From the NCBI GenBank assembly GCA_963768425.1, contig CAVYHV010000022.1, forward strand, positions 40,326 to 104,325: 64,000 nucleotides of DNA, in the 5' to 3' direction. The notes beneath the pieces were generated by a model. That model did not search any database. It was given only the letters and a program-made list of their open reading frames with translations, and had not been told where the DNA came from. Source of the stretch: Candidatus Bathyarchaeota archaeon. GTDB taxonomy: Archaea; Thermoproteota; Bathyarchaeia; Bathyarchaeales; Bathycorpusculaceae. Every line of letters begins with the position of its first letter. Position 1 is the stretch's first letter. A program made the translations under genes and the position numbers. Below are positions 50,849 through 61,348 of this stretch, piece by piece.

Positions 50849-52798
50849 ATGTTTGCTGAAAACCCGTTCGAACAATTTCGCAGTGAATGCCAAACCGTTT
50901 TAGCGAAGGCACTGAAGAAGACCTTGCCGGAAATAAAGATGCCCAACATCACGTTGAGCAAGACACCCAACATCGAGTATGGTCAGTTAGCGTCGTCGCT
51001 TTGTTTCGAGTTGGCGAAGAAATTGAATCAGAAGCCTCTTACCGTCGCTGAGCATCTCTCCGCCGCCATCGACAGCTCGAGCTTTAACTTGATTGAGAAG
51101 GTTTCGTGCGCTGGCGCCGGCTACATCAATTTTCACGTTAACTTCGCAAAGTTCTCAGCCCTAACCTTGGAATCTGTCAAGAAGCTAAAGTTTGAGTACG
51201 GGTTCGTCAAGACCTCCAAACCTCTTAAAATCATAGTTGAACACACCAGCGTCAATCCTCTTCACCCCATCCACATTGGACAGGCTAGGAACCCAATGAT
51301 CGGCGACGCTTTGGCACGTATTTTGGAGTGCAGGGGACACACAGTTTTCCGCCACTATTACATTGACGACGTGGGAAGACAGTCGTCTGTGGTGGCTTAC
51401 GGATACAAAAAGCTGGGCAGACCCAAACCCACTGAGAAACCTGACCTTTTCGTGGGTAAAATTTACACTGTTACAAGCTGCTTGGTTGAAATTAACCGTT
51501 TGAAAAGGGTTCGCGATCTTGCCGCTGCAGTTAATTCGGTGGATGATTTGGCGAAGGCGAACAAAGAAATCGACGAGTGGATGTCTATTGCTGCCGAGCT
51601 CAAAGAGAAGTATCCCGTGCTGTTTGAAGCGTTGATGAACAAGATCAGCTTGGATGAGAATCCGGAGGAAGAAATCAACAGGCTTAACCGCGCGTACGAG
51701 GACGGGGAACCCAAGGCTAAGCAACTTATCCGTGAAGTCAGCGATTTGTGCCTTGAAGGCTTCCGAGAAACCATGAAGCGCATCGGTGTGACCTACGACA
51801 GTTGGGATTGGGAAAGCGACTTCGTGTGGAGTACTCAGGTGAAGGAGGTTTTGCAGAAGCTGAAGACCACACCGTTCGTTTATGCCGAAAAAGGCGTGCT
51901 TGAGTTTGACGCTGAAAAAGTCACTCAGGTGCTTGGCTTAAAGGATAAGTTGGGTTTGAGCGAGAACAACGAAGTCTCACCTTTAACGCTTGGGCGCGCC
52001 GACGGCACTACACTCTACACAACACGTGACATAGCATACACCCTGTGGAAGTTCAAGAAGGCACAGAAAGTCATCAACGTCATCGGCATGGAACAGTCAC
52101 TCGCGCAGCTGCAGCTCAAAATCGCTCTGTACGCTTTAGGCTACGGCGAATACGCCGACGACCTCGTGCACTTCGCCTACAACCTCGTCACTTTGCCCGG
52201 CTACAAGATGAGCAGCCGCAGGGGACACTACATCACTTTTGACGCGGTCCTTGACGAAGCAATCCAACGAGCTTACGAAGAGGTTTCGAAGCGTTCACCC
52301 TTGCTGTCCGATGATGAAAAACGTAAAATTGCCAACTTCGTCGGGTTAGGAGCAGTACGCTACGCACTTGTCGACGTTGACTCATCGAAGCCAGTGGTCT
52401 TTACCTGGGACCGCGTGCTTAACTTTGAAACCAACAGCGCACCATACGCGCAATACACCCACGCGCGAGCCTGCAGCATCCTACGCAAAGCAGCAAAGGA
52501 ACCAGAGAACCCGGGCTACGAGTTGCTAGTGGAGAAGCTTGAATGCGAGCTTGTTTTGAACCTTGCTGGTTTCCCAGATGCTTTTGTCGAAGCCACGGAA
52601 TACCTAAAACCCAATATGATTGCGGACTATGCGAACGCGCTGGCTGACAAATTCAACACCTTCTACAACGCGCTGCCAGTGCTGAAGGCGGATTCAAATA
52701 GGCTCATAGATGCACGCCTGACTTTGACCCAAGCTATAGAAATTGTGATGCACAACGCCCTAACTCTCATCGGTATTGTCGCGCCAGACAAAATGTGA
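50849..52798 (+). CDS. argS: arginyl-tRNA synthetase
   Basis: EHTSVNPLHPIHIGQARN, RADGTTLYTTRDIAY, KMSSRRG and YAQYTHARACSI motifs. Confidence 0.96.
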   Translation: MFAENPFEQFRSECQTVLAKALKKTLPEIKMPNITLSKTPNIEYGQLASSLCFELAKKLNQKPLTVAEHLSAAIDSSSFNLIEKVSCAGAGYINFHVNFAKFSALTLESVKKLKFEYGFVKTSKPLKIIVEHTSVNPLHPIHIGQARNPMIGDALARILECRGHTVFRHYYIDDVGRQSSVVAYGYKKLGRPKPTEKPDLFVGKIYTVTSCLVEINRLKRVRDLAAAVNSVDDLAKANKEIDEWMSIAAELKEKYPVLFEALMNKISLDENPEEEINRLNRAYEDGEPKAKQLIREVSDLCLEGFRETMKRIGVTYDSWDWESDFVWSTQVKEVLQKLKTTPFVYAEKGVLEFDAEKVTQVLGLKDKLGLSENNEVSPLTLGRADGTTLYTTRDIAYTLWKFKKAQKVINVIGMEQSLAQLQLKIALYALGYGEYADDLVHFAYNLVTLPGYKMSSRRGHYITFDAVLDEAIQRAYEEVSKRSPLLSDDEKRKIANFVGLGAVRYALVDVDSSKPVVFTWDRVLNFETNSAPYAQYTHARACSILRKAAKEPENPGYELLVEKLECELVLNLAGFPDAFVEATEYLKPNMIADYANALADKFNTFYNALPVLKADSNRLIDARLTLTQAIEIVMHNALTLIGIVAPDKM

Positions 52799-52968
52799 CT
52801 TCGCCTTTCATCAAGCTTCACGATTAAATGGCATTTTTTGGTTGGTTTTGATCATAAGATGCTAGACTAGCTCCCTGTTGATCTTTCTTTTTCGTTTTAC
52901 TCTATCCTATCGGCTGTCTGAGTGGTCCAAACAGGAACAATAGGACCGAGCAACAAAAAAGAGGACTC

Positions 52969-53421
52969 TCATTTTCCAAGCTCTTTTTCCATTGCTCTTG
53001 CCAAAAGCTTCCATGCAGCCGCATCTTCTTTGCACAGTTTCTGGGCAAGCGACTCAGCACCTGTCTGCGTTTGATAATCCATGTGCAGACCTGTGAAATC
53101 TAAAATGGAAGCTTCACCTTCAGGCGAAATTTTATAGAGGAATTGAGAATACTTGTTTGGTCCCGTCAAATGCGTGGATACCCATGATAACTGATCTGGA
53201 TAAAGTTGCACGAGTTTTTCCTTTTCACTTGTGCCAGTCGCTGTATGAAAGATGTCTTTCAGAATAATTGTGCCCTCGGCAATTTTGGTTACATGCCTCC
53301 CGGCGCCTTCGTCGCCCATTAACTTGTGGTCCTGCGGGTCAAAGGTGGTACACCATTCGAAAGCCCTCTTTGCGGAAACAGCGAAACGCTGACAGAAATG
53401 GTATCTTACAGGTAACGGCAT
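52969..53421 (-). CDS. hypothetical protein (possibly SRPBCC-like fold)
   Basis: Clean 150-aa ORF with AFEWCTTF and a C-terminal helix containing W. Confidence 0.6.
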   Translation of the reverse strand: MPLPVRYHFCQRFAVSAKRAFEWCTTFDPQDHKLMGDEGAGRHVTKIAEGTIILKDIFHTATGTSEKEKLVQLYPDQLSWVSTHLTGPNKYSQFLYKISPEGEASILDFTGLHMDYQTQTGAESLAQKLCKEDAAAWKLLARAMEKELGK

Positions 53422-53539
53422 AGCGGTCGCCAACTATTAAATCAGCGAACAACCCTTAATATTTTGTCTATCTATGCCTGTTGGTGTGGAGAAAGGTGGA
53501 CTTTAGTTCAGTTAAAAAAAGAAAAAAGGATTTTTGAGA

Positions 53540-54250
53540 TCACAATTGTTTTCCGCAATTAGGGCAGAAAACTGCGTCTTGTTTTACTTGCGCGCCGCAG
53601 TAGGAGCAGTATCGTGGTGTTTGAGTTAGCGGTGCTGCAGAGGCTGTGCTGGGCGGTGACGTGTAACTGTATTGTGGTGGAGCGTTGGATTTCTGTTGTG
53701 TTGATTTCATGGCGAAGAAGCCAATTACTGCAAATATCCAAGCGATGAATATCAGAATGAAGCCAAAACCCGCTATTATCGTCAGTATGGATCCCCACCA
53801 AAGTAATGTTGCGGTTGTTGCAAACGAGTGTTCTCCTGATTTCTGCGCGAGCGTATTGAAGGTTTGTCTTAAGTGCACTGCTGCAAGAACGTAGAATATG
53901 AAAGCAATAACAATCCCGCCTAAGAAGACTGCCAATCCGATTCCGAAGCCTGCCGTCAGTGTAAAGCTTGAATTAAATTTGAAGCCTGTTGCGCTTCCAA
54001 CGCCGACCACTATTGCCGTAATGGCTACTGCCGCAGCTATCAAAGCGACTACATAGAATTTGACCCCGGTCAATGCGTTCTGGTAGATTTCGTGGTCCTG
54101 ATAGTAATTTGCAATTTCCTTGAGTCCCCTCAGAAGCAATATTACCCCGATGATTCCCAATACCCATCCGACGTAAGGAACCAAACCCAGTATAAGCAGG
54201 ATTGATCCTTCGCCGCATAATGTTTTGCTGTATTCAAAACTTGTACCCAT
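53540..54250 (-). CDS. DUF996 membrane protein with a C-terminal zinc ribbon
   Basis: GSILLIL...GIIGVILLL...LWWGSILTII; CSYCG...FCPNCG. Confidence 0.82.
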   Translation of the reverse strand: MGTSFEYSKTLCGEGSILLILGLVPYVGWVLGIIGVILLLRGLKEIANYYQDHEIYQNALTGVKFYVVALIAAAVAITAIVVGVGSATGFKFNSSFTLTAGFGIGLAVFLGGIVIAFIFYVLAAVHLRQTFNTLAQKSGEHSFATTATLLWWGSILTIIAGFGFILIFIAWIFAVIGFFAMKSTQQKSNAPPQYSYTSPPSTASAAPLTQTPRYCSYCGAQVKQDAVFCPNCGKQL

Positions 54251-54313
54251 TTTGTTTTTTCCTCCTAAATTTTTTGTTTCTTGGAAAGCATACAAGTGGC
54301 CGGCGGGTTATAG

Positions 54314-54370
54314 CCCTAACATTTAGAGTTGCTACCCTAACACTTAGAGCAACGCCTCTAAGAGTTAGAG
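54314..54370. promoter_or_regulatory. three palindromic CYCTAA-N3-TTAGAG boxes at an exact 21-bp period (candidate operator)
   Basis: CCCTAACATTTAGAG (54314), CCCTAACACTTAGAG (54335) and CTCTAAGAGTTAGAG (54356), between divergent genes. Confidence 0.78.
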
Positions 54371-54473
54371 TCATAAGCAAACCAGCAGACTATAGTGAAA
54401 TCATGGAAAGAAAAGAGGGCTACAGAGCTTCGTTTATCTTCCCGTTATCAATTAGCTGGAGCAGTGTCTGTAA

Positions 54474-54950
54474 GTGTCAAAGCCACGTGGAATAAGCGCT
54501 GATATTCAATCGCCAAGAACAAAGCTACTGTACTTCATCTACTCTGCCCCAAACAACAGAATCAGGGCTGAACCAGGCGTCAAATCAAGCATCAGCTCAG
54601 CGTTGGGTTACAAGTCAGACGGCCACTTCCACTATGACTGGAACTACCTGTTGACAGCGGGGATGATTGAGGAACAACACGGGTTTTACGTTGTGACGGA
54701 AGATGGAAAAAAAGAGTTCGCCCTGCACGCAACTGCCGCCAGAAGCAACTCGACAATGATTCTTATCGGAATTGCAATAATTGTTTTCACCTTTGGACTT
54801 GAACTGAAACTTGTTCCCGTGCTAAGCGTTACATTCTTCGGCGCAGCGTTAATCGTAATAGGGTCTTTATTTTTGGTTGTAAGCCGAAGAAACAAGCCGA
54901 AACTGGTACCTGAAGCCAAGGCGCTACTCAAAGAGCTAAATCACCATTAA
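54474..54950 (+). CDS. winged-helix-like protein with two C-terminal TM helices
   Basis: ISSALGYKSDGHFHYDWNYLLTAGMIEE...YVVTEDGK followed by two hydrophobic helices. Confidence 0.72.
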   Translation: MSKPRGISADIQSPRTKLLYFIYSAPNNRIRAEPGVKSSISSALGYKSDGHFHYDWNYLLTAGMIEEQHGFYVVTEDGKKEFALHATAARSNSTMILIGIAIIVFTFGLELKLVPVLSVTFFGAALIVIGSLFLVVSRRNKPKLVPEAKALLKELNHH

Positions 54951-55007
54951 AGTGCAAAAAAAGCGCCCGGTCAGCATCGTTTCTCAAAAGAATTAGCGCT
55001 CGTAAGT

Positions 55008-56146
55008 CTACAAGACATTTTTTAGTAAGGGTATTCTGCGGAAAACAAAGTGTGTCGCTGCAAAGCACAATGGAACGCAGATGAGGCAGAGAAGAAGCCA
55101 TTTTGCGACTGGGTACAACACAAGCGGGCTAAGCAACAATGTAGCCGGGATAATGATCATTGGATGAAACAGGTAAACGGCAAACGAGTTATCCGACAGT
55201 GCCTTTACCAACCTGCTTTAGCTGTTAAATTTTTCCCTGAAGACAGCAATCAACCCAAAGCTCATGGCAACTGCCACAAAGGACTCCCACGTCGAAAATG
55301 CCGCGCTCTGCCATGTCAACCCTCCCTCCAATGCAGCGGTGGTTCCGGTCGCAGTAGCTACTGCCACAATTACAAACCAAACAAGGAAGCCCAAAGCGAT
55401 GGCGCCGATTACCAATCTTTTTCCACCTCGATAGCTAATCTTTGCGAACAGATTGTTTCTGTAAGCCAATACACCTATGATGAAAAGTGCGATGTATGAG
55501 GCGAAGTAGCAAAGCTGAAAGTTCAAGATGTCTGTGCCGATCGGTTGGACGATTCTAATCAAGAAAGCAAAGACGGCAATAATCAGGGCAAGGCTAACTG
55601 CCACTCCCAATGTCGGCTTGAGCTGTTTCCAGCCGGAAGCGGGAGCGGACCTACGGGATCCCAATCGCACCAACCCGTAAATCAGGGAAAACCCGAAAAG
55701 CGCCACCGCGAACCACATTGGCCCAGTACCTGAAAGAAAACCAACCAAGTTAAAGCCAGTATACTTGTTGCCTAGCTCCACAATTTCGATGAAGGGCGTT
55801 ATCGCTATCATGAAGATCAAAGTGGGAATGATCAAGCGCTTGAACCTGTCTCCGACGAACTGTCCGAGTTCCTTTCGGTCGTAGCTTCCCGCCACAAAAT
55901 AGCCGGATATCATGAATAAAAGGACAGGAAGTATCCCTGGGTGAACGACTGGTAGAAGGCGAACCAAACTGTGGATAAAGTGTCCAGATGGGTGCCGTAG
56001 AGGTAGTACCAGCTGCCGAAGCCGCTGACCGTCACCGCCAAGTGGATCGAGACTACCAAAACGATTACGAGCAGCCTCAGGTTGTCGATGTAAAGCAGCC
56101 TTTCTCTCGGCTTCGGGGTTTCGTCGCTGATTAAAGTGGCTGTCAA
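55008..56146 (-). CDS. acyltransferase family 3 (OpgC/MdoC-like) membrane protein; two apparent frameshifts
   Basis: RLLYIDNLR...H, LFMISGYF, DRFKRLIIP, GPMWF and SFAVYLFH motifs across three frames. Confidence 0.85.
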
Positions 56147-56155
56147 TCAATGACC

Positions 56156-56887
56156 TCATTTCCACTTAGTCAGAATCTCTTCGCGGTTGAAGGTAGCTTT
56201 GCTCAAGAAAAACAGAATTACATCGGCGATTACTACTACGCCGGAGAAGATCAGCAAGTTATCGATGCTGAAGGCAAAGATTCCTTCCGCTCCTGCGAAG
56301 AAGACTACAACAAACGGGATGAACATGAGGCCAGCGATCTGGTTTGCACCCCTAACGTCGGTTACACGGGATGATGCAATCACTGCAACTTCGATACTAA
56401 GAATTGCGGCAAGTGGCGCAAGTAGGAGCAACATAACGCCGGCGTTCCAGTTGGGAAAATAATAGTAGCCTAAACCCGCGTTCAGCAATAAATAGTCCGC
56501 CAATCCCATGAAGATGGATGCTCCCGCCCAAGCAGATAGAACTGGAGGTATGAATGCAGCTATGCCTTTTCCGAGCAGAATCTCGCCGTCAGTCGTCGGC
56601 GTCGCAAGCAGCGGCTCCAGTGTCTTCTCAACTTTTTCACCTACGATGCTGTATGCAGCAATCGTACTGGGAAGAACAGTTGCTAGGACAACGAAGATGT
56701 AAATGATTGATATGGCACCCAACGATATTGTGTCGGGTATTCCGTTGGCTAGTTGGCCTTTTAGGACGAGCAAGAAGGAGACCGCGACGAGAAGAGGAAG
56801 CCCAACAGTGTAGAATATGATACTTCTCTTTCTGCCGATCACCTTCAACTCTTTGCGCGCTATCTTCCACGGCATCCAAGCGGTCAT
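56156..56887 (-). CDS. ABC-2 type permease
   Basis: IARKEL and SIVGEKVEKTLEPLLATP...ILLGK motifs. Confidence 0.88.
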   Translation of the reverse strand: MTAWMPWKIARKELKVIGRKRSIIFYTVGLPLLVAVSFLLVLKGQLANGIPDTISLGAISIIYIFVVLATVLPSTIAAYSIVGEKVEKTLEPLLATPTTDGEILLGKGIAAFIPPVLSAWAGASIFMGLADYLLLNAGLGYYYFPNWNAGVMLLLLAPLAAILSIEVAVIASSRVTDVRGANQIAGLMFIPFVVVFFAGAEGIFAFSIDNLLIFSGVVVIADVILFFLSKATFNREEILTKWK

Positions 56888-57807
56888 TGCGTGTTCTCCT
56901 TCACAAGTTTCAGGTAAGCGTCCTCCAAGGAGCTGCTGGTCACCGTTATTGTTTCGATGCGTCCCCCCGCCGCAACAATTGCGTTCACCATATCGGGGTT
57001 CTCTTCTTCGGGATTTACGACGTCGACCGTCAGCTTGTTACCTTCCCTGAACAAGTTCTTGACTTGCAGCCTTTTGAGCGAATCCAAAATCGAATCGTTC
57101 AACTGCGTCAGCTGGATCACAGTCTTCCTTCCATGGATCGAACGTTCCAGCTCCTCGGGCGTACCTACCGCCATCAGCCGAGTGTTTAAGATGCCGATTT
57201 TGTCACAGATCCGCTGTGCCTCATCAAGGTTGTGCGTGTTAAGAAAAATCGTTTTCTTCTGCTTCTTCAGCTCAAGAATAAATTCCCGAACAGTCTTCGC
57301 CGACTCTGGATCCAGATTCGCTGTGGGCTCATCCATAAAAAGAATCTCGGGGTCATGTACAAGTGCCCGTGCTATAGCGAGTTTCTGCTTCATCCCTTTC
57401 GAGAATGACCCTGCCAAAGCATCTCTTTTCTCCCAGAGCCCGAGCAATTTGAGGAAGTATTCGTTGCTTTCTTTCCGCTGGGTGTCAGTCCTCCGATATA
57501 ACGTGCCGTAATAGTCGAGGTTCTCGAAGGCAGTGAGTGATTCGTAGAGGCCAACGTTGTCGGGGACGAGCCCAATCATCTTTCGGATCTTCAGAGCGTT
57601 TTCTTGGTTGCCGACCTCGTATTCGCCGATCTTGGCGCTGCCACTTGTCTTGCCTATCAGGCAGCAAAGCATCCGCACTGTGGTGGTTTTTCCTGCGCCG
57701 TTGGGTCCAAGAAACCCGAAGACTTCGCCCTTGTCAACGCGGAGGGTCAGGTTGTCAACGGCAGTGAGGCCGCCGAATTTCCTTGTGAGATTCTCTGTTT
57801 CAATCAT
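56884..57807 (-). CDS. ABC transporter ATP-binding protein
   Basis: GPNGAGKTT, FSKGMKQK, DEPT and THNL motifs. Confidence 0.93.
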   Translation of the reverse strand: MIETENLTRKFGGLTAVDNLTLRVDKGEVFGFLGPNGAGKTTTVRMLCCLIGKTSGSAKIGEYEVGNQENALKIRKMIGLVPDNVGLYESLTAFENLDYYGTLYRRTDTQRKESNEYFLKLLGLWEKRDALAGSFSKGMKQKLAIARALVHDPEILFMDEPTANLDPESAKTVREFILELKKQKKTIFLNTHNLDEAQRICDKIGILNTRLMAVGTPEELERSIHGRKTVIQLTQLNDSILDSLKRLQVKNLFREGNKLTVDVVNPEEENPDMVNAIVAAGGRIETITVTSSSLEDAYLKLVKENTQ

Positions 57808-58015
57808 GTCAAGCAGCCACGGTTCAGCTTCATTTCTTTATTTAGATTGAGTGTTGGATATAAAGTGGGGTAGTTGCCAAATTTCGAAAACGACAACCGA
57901 CGGTCGCAAACTTGTTCGTTTTGTAGGATAGGAGCCTTAGTCCTACTCCTTCGCCTTGATTGACTTAGAAAGGTTTATCTGATTACTTCAAAAGTAAACT
58001 CCAAAGGACTAGCGA

Positions 58016-58826
58016 ATGGGCGATAGTCTGAACAGAACCCTACCGTCAAAAAGAATGGTGCTTCAATACGGCAGAGACTCCAATCAGTTTGCCGAGTTGC
58101 AGTTTCCTTTGGGAGAGGGCTTTTCCGTTGCTCTTTGTGATACATGGCGGATTCTGGTTAGCTGCCTATGACCTACAGCATATATCGCCCCTTTGCGCTG
58201 AAATAACGTCGTGTGGAATAATCACATGCAGTCTTGAATACAGGAAAGTCGGACAAGAAGGCGGAGGCTGGCCAGGAACCTTTCTAGATATAGCAAACGG
58301 GACGGAATACTTCAGGCAGTTGTTGATCCGAGACAGAAGGGTAGACATGGGAAGAGCTGCAGTAATGGGACATTCGGCAGGTGGACACCTCGCGCTTTGG
58401 TTAGGAGGAAGTCATAGGTTGCCGAAAAGCTCGGCGCTGCATGTGGACCATAAGCCTTGGCTTACAGCTGTGATTTCTCTTGCAGGAGTGGCAGATCTTC
58501 GCAACGCATGGGACCTTCGTCTTGGCTCTGGAGCAGTCGACAGGTTGATCGGCGGGAGTCCTAACCAGTGGCCTGAACGGTACTCGGAGGCTTCGCCAAT
58601 AGAACTCTTGCCGATGGAGATCAAGCAAGTTCTCATTCACGGCAGAGATGACGACACCGTTCCAATCATTCAGAGCGAACGTTTTGTTCAGAGAGCGTGC
58701 GCTGTGGGGGATAAGGCATCTCTGGTTCCGCTCGACAGGGTCGGTCATTTCGAACTTATCGACCCGGAGTCCGAATCATGGGACGCGGTAGCTGGCTCTA
58801 CACTCGAAGTCTTAGAGATGAAATAG
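58016..58826 (+). CDS. alpha/beta hydrolase; apparent frameshift near 58120
   Basis: ATG at 58016 reads ...QYGRDSNQFAEL; the shifted frame has HGGFW, GHSAGG, HGRDD and GHFELIDP. Confidence 0.87.
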
Positions 58827-58854
58827 GCTCTATCCAAAAAACAGAGGTTTGGTC

Positions 58855-58881
58855 TGGTGCGGAGGGTGGGACATCAAACCC
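58855..58881 (-). other. isolated tRNA 3'-end fragment (tRNA-Leu-like), candidate att scar
   Basis: Minus strand reads GGGTTTGATGTCCCACCCTCCGCACCA: a degenerate T-loop, T-stem 3' side, acceptor 3' side and ACCA. No 5' half of a tRNA is nearby. Confidence 0.6.
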
Positions 58882-59191
58882 TATTTTACCGGCAAAAAAC
58901 TCCTAAAATATGCCATGCATTCGAGTGGTAAATCCCGGTAAGCATAGCCGCTCAAATGCATACTGAAAAAAGATTAACCAAAGCTCCACGGAGAAAAGGT
59001 CAAGAAACGATTATTTGGAAAAACAAGCCGAATTTGGAAATGACCGCAGAATGCTAGGGTTACACCCACGTTTAAATTTCACACGAATTAAGTGAAGAAC
59101 ATGAGATGAAAAATGCGAGATATTGCACCATTATTGGATAGTCTTCTTAATTCGTGGGAAAGAGAACTGAGAAAAGGATAATTGTTTATTC

Positions 59192-59383
59192 TTAGCTTTT
59201 TTTTGCCCTTTCTTTTTTCGGTGTTTCTTCCGCGCTTCCACCAGCGCATTTTACGCAGCAAGCGGTGTATTCTTTGCCTTCAATTATGGTTGTGGCTGTT
59301 GACAGCTTGCATATTTCGGGTGTGCCTTCTGGGCTGCAGAATTCGCATTTGCCGGTCTTTGTCTTCTTTGTCGGTGTCTTCAT
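59192..59383 (-). CDS. small Cys-rich (TRASH-like) protein
   Basis: CEFC...C...IEGKEYTACCVKC; the start overlaps the iscU stop (ATGA). Confidence 0.72.
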   Translation of the reverse strand: MKTPTKKTKTGKCEFCSPEGTPEICKLSTATTIIEGKEYTACCVKCAGGSAEETPKKERAKKS

Positions 59384-59769
59384 TTTTTCACCTCGGTGGA
59401 TGCTTCTTGTTTTTTGTAGTAGTCCTTTATTGCTGCATGTAATGCATCTGAGGCTAGGTTTGAGCAGTGCATCTTGACCGGTGGCAGCCCTCCCAACGAG
59501 GAGGCAACGTCGGCGCGAGTAATTTTCAGGGCTTCTTCCAATGTTTTTCCTTTAGCCATCTCTGTTGTCATGCTGCTTGTGGCTATTGCAGCTCCGCAGC
59601 CAAAAGTTTTGAATTTGATATCCACGATTCGTTCGTCTTTCACTTTAATGTACATGGTCATTAGGTCGCCGCAAACGGGGTTTCCTACGGTGCCTACGCC
59701 ATCAGCATCAGGAATTTCCCCTGTGTTTTGGGGGTTTTTGAAATGTTCCATAACTTTGTCTGAGTACAT
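59380..59769 (-). CDS. iscU: Fe-S cluster scaffold IscU/NifU
   Basis: YSDKVMEHF, GNPVCGD, FGCGAAIA and LPPVKMHCS motifs. Confidence 0.96.
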   Translation of the reverse strand: MYSDKVMEHFKNPQNTGEIPDADGVGTVGNPVCGDLMTMYIKVKDERIVDIKFKTFGCGAAIATSSMTTEMAKGKTLEEALKITRADVASSLGGLPPVKMHCSNLASDALHAAIKDYYKKQEASTEVKK

Positions 59770-60954
59770 TATTCTTTCAACTCCTTAGGTGTCAATGGTG
59801 ACATTGACCTTAACCGATTAACTATACCAGGCATCAAGCCTATAACATATTCGACATCTTCCATGCTGTTTTCCCTACCCAAGCTGAACATTATTGACCC
59901 ATGAGCTTCTTCATGTTTTAGTCCAGTTGCAAGCAACACGTGTGAGGGCTCTAACGTCTTTGAAGCACACGCAGAACCAGAGGAGACAGACACACCCTTT
60001 ATTTCCAAGCTGAGCAGCATTGATTCCCCTTCTATGAAGCTATATCTGACGGAGACGTTGTCGGGCAGTCGATTAGTCGGGTGTCCATTTAGAAAAGTGT
60101 AAGGCAGTGGTTTGAGCAAACCTTCGATTAATTTGTCTCTAAGTTTAGTCAACTTTTCGAAGTTGAATTTGCATTTCTTGCTTAGCGATTTCCGCAGCTT
60201 TCCCAAATGCTACAATGCTCGGTATGTTTTCTGTTCCGGATCTTAGACCTTTTTCCTGCCCCCCTCCATGAAGCAGAGGCTCTATGCGTACTCCATCTTT
60301 CACATATAGTGCACCAACGCCCTTGGGACCATACATGTCATTTGAGGAAATAGTTAGCAGATCAATGCCTAAGGCTTGCACGTCAATTGGGATTTGACCG
60401 GCGGCTACTGTCGCATCAACATGCAGAAAAACGTTTTTGGCGTGTACTATTTTGCTGATCTCTTGAATAGGCTCAATCGTGCCTATCTCACCGTTTGCAT
60501 AGACTATCGATACAAGGGTTGTTTTGTCGTTTAGTTCTTTTTCGAGACTACCTAAGTCCACGGAGCCAAACTTGTCCACGGGAAGAAAGACTGCTTCAAA
60601 GCCTTTTGTTGTCAGAAATTTTACTGGGTTCACAACAGACATGTGTTCTACGCTTGAGGTTATGATTTTTGTGCCTCTGTCTTTGTTGCGGTTTGCAGCG
60701 CCTTTAATTGCTAAATTGTTGCTTTCGGTTGCACCCGAAGTGAAGATTATTGAGTCTGCTTTTTCGGCATTGATCAGCTCCGCAACTTTAATTCTTGCTT
60801 CGTCAAGTGCACGTTTTGCTTCTTGACCAGCAACATGCAGCGATGAGGGATTGCCATAAGACGTTTTCATGTAGGGTAGCATTGCTTCTACTGCACGGGG
60901 ATCAACGGGTTTTCCCGCTGCATAATCCATATTTACTCTTTTTGCCATGGACAT
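59769..60954 (-). CDS. iscS: IscS/NifS-family protein with the PLP lysine replaced by Asp; apparent frameshift near 60165
   Basis: YGNPSS, FTSGATESNN, EH, SSNDMYGPKG, GGGQE..RSGTEN and SSGSAC motifs. Confidence 0.92.
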
Positions 60955-61064
60955 TGCTCTTCACCTTATAATAAAATTCTTCTTTTATCAAAACCTGAAT
61001 TTGAGGTTAACAGCACTGAAATAATTATCGTGCTGTTTTTTCTTTAGTTTCTTGCATTCAGTTT

Positions 61065-61301
61065 TTACTTTATCTTCTTAATAAGGATTCGAATTGTACT
61101 GCCTTCTTTGGCGCTGCTAACTATTTCCTGTTCCAGATGCTTTACGAGGCTGTGTATGTCTGATTCAGCAGCGGGATCATCAGCAACAACCTCTAACGTT
61201 TCCCCTATCTCCATCTCATCTAGTGCCAATCTCGTCCTAAAGACGGGCTCAGGACAGTACAAGCCCAAACAATCAAGTTTTTTGTCAACTTTAAAAGTCA
61301 C
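61065..61301 (-). CDS. tusA: TusA-family sulfur carrier
   Basis: LDCLGLYCPEP and VADDP motifs. Confidence 0.9.
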   Translation of the reverse strand: MTFKVDKKLDCLGLYCPEPVFRTRLALDEMEIGETLEVVADDPAAESDIHSLVKHLEQEIVSSAKEGSTIRILIKKIK

Positions 61302-61348
61302 TAAATCTCCTCCAAAGCGTGGCCATGTTCTTGTTTAGGGGTGGTTCT

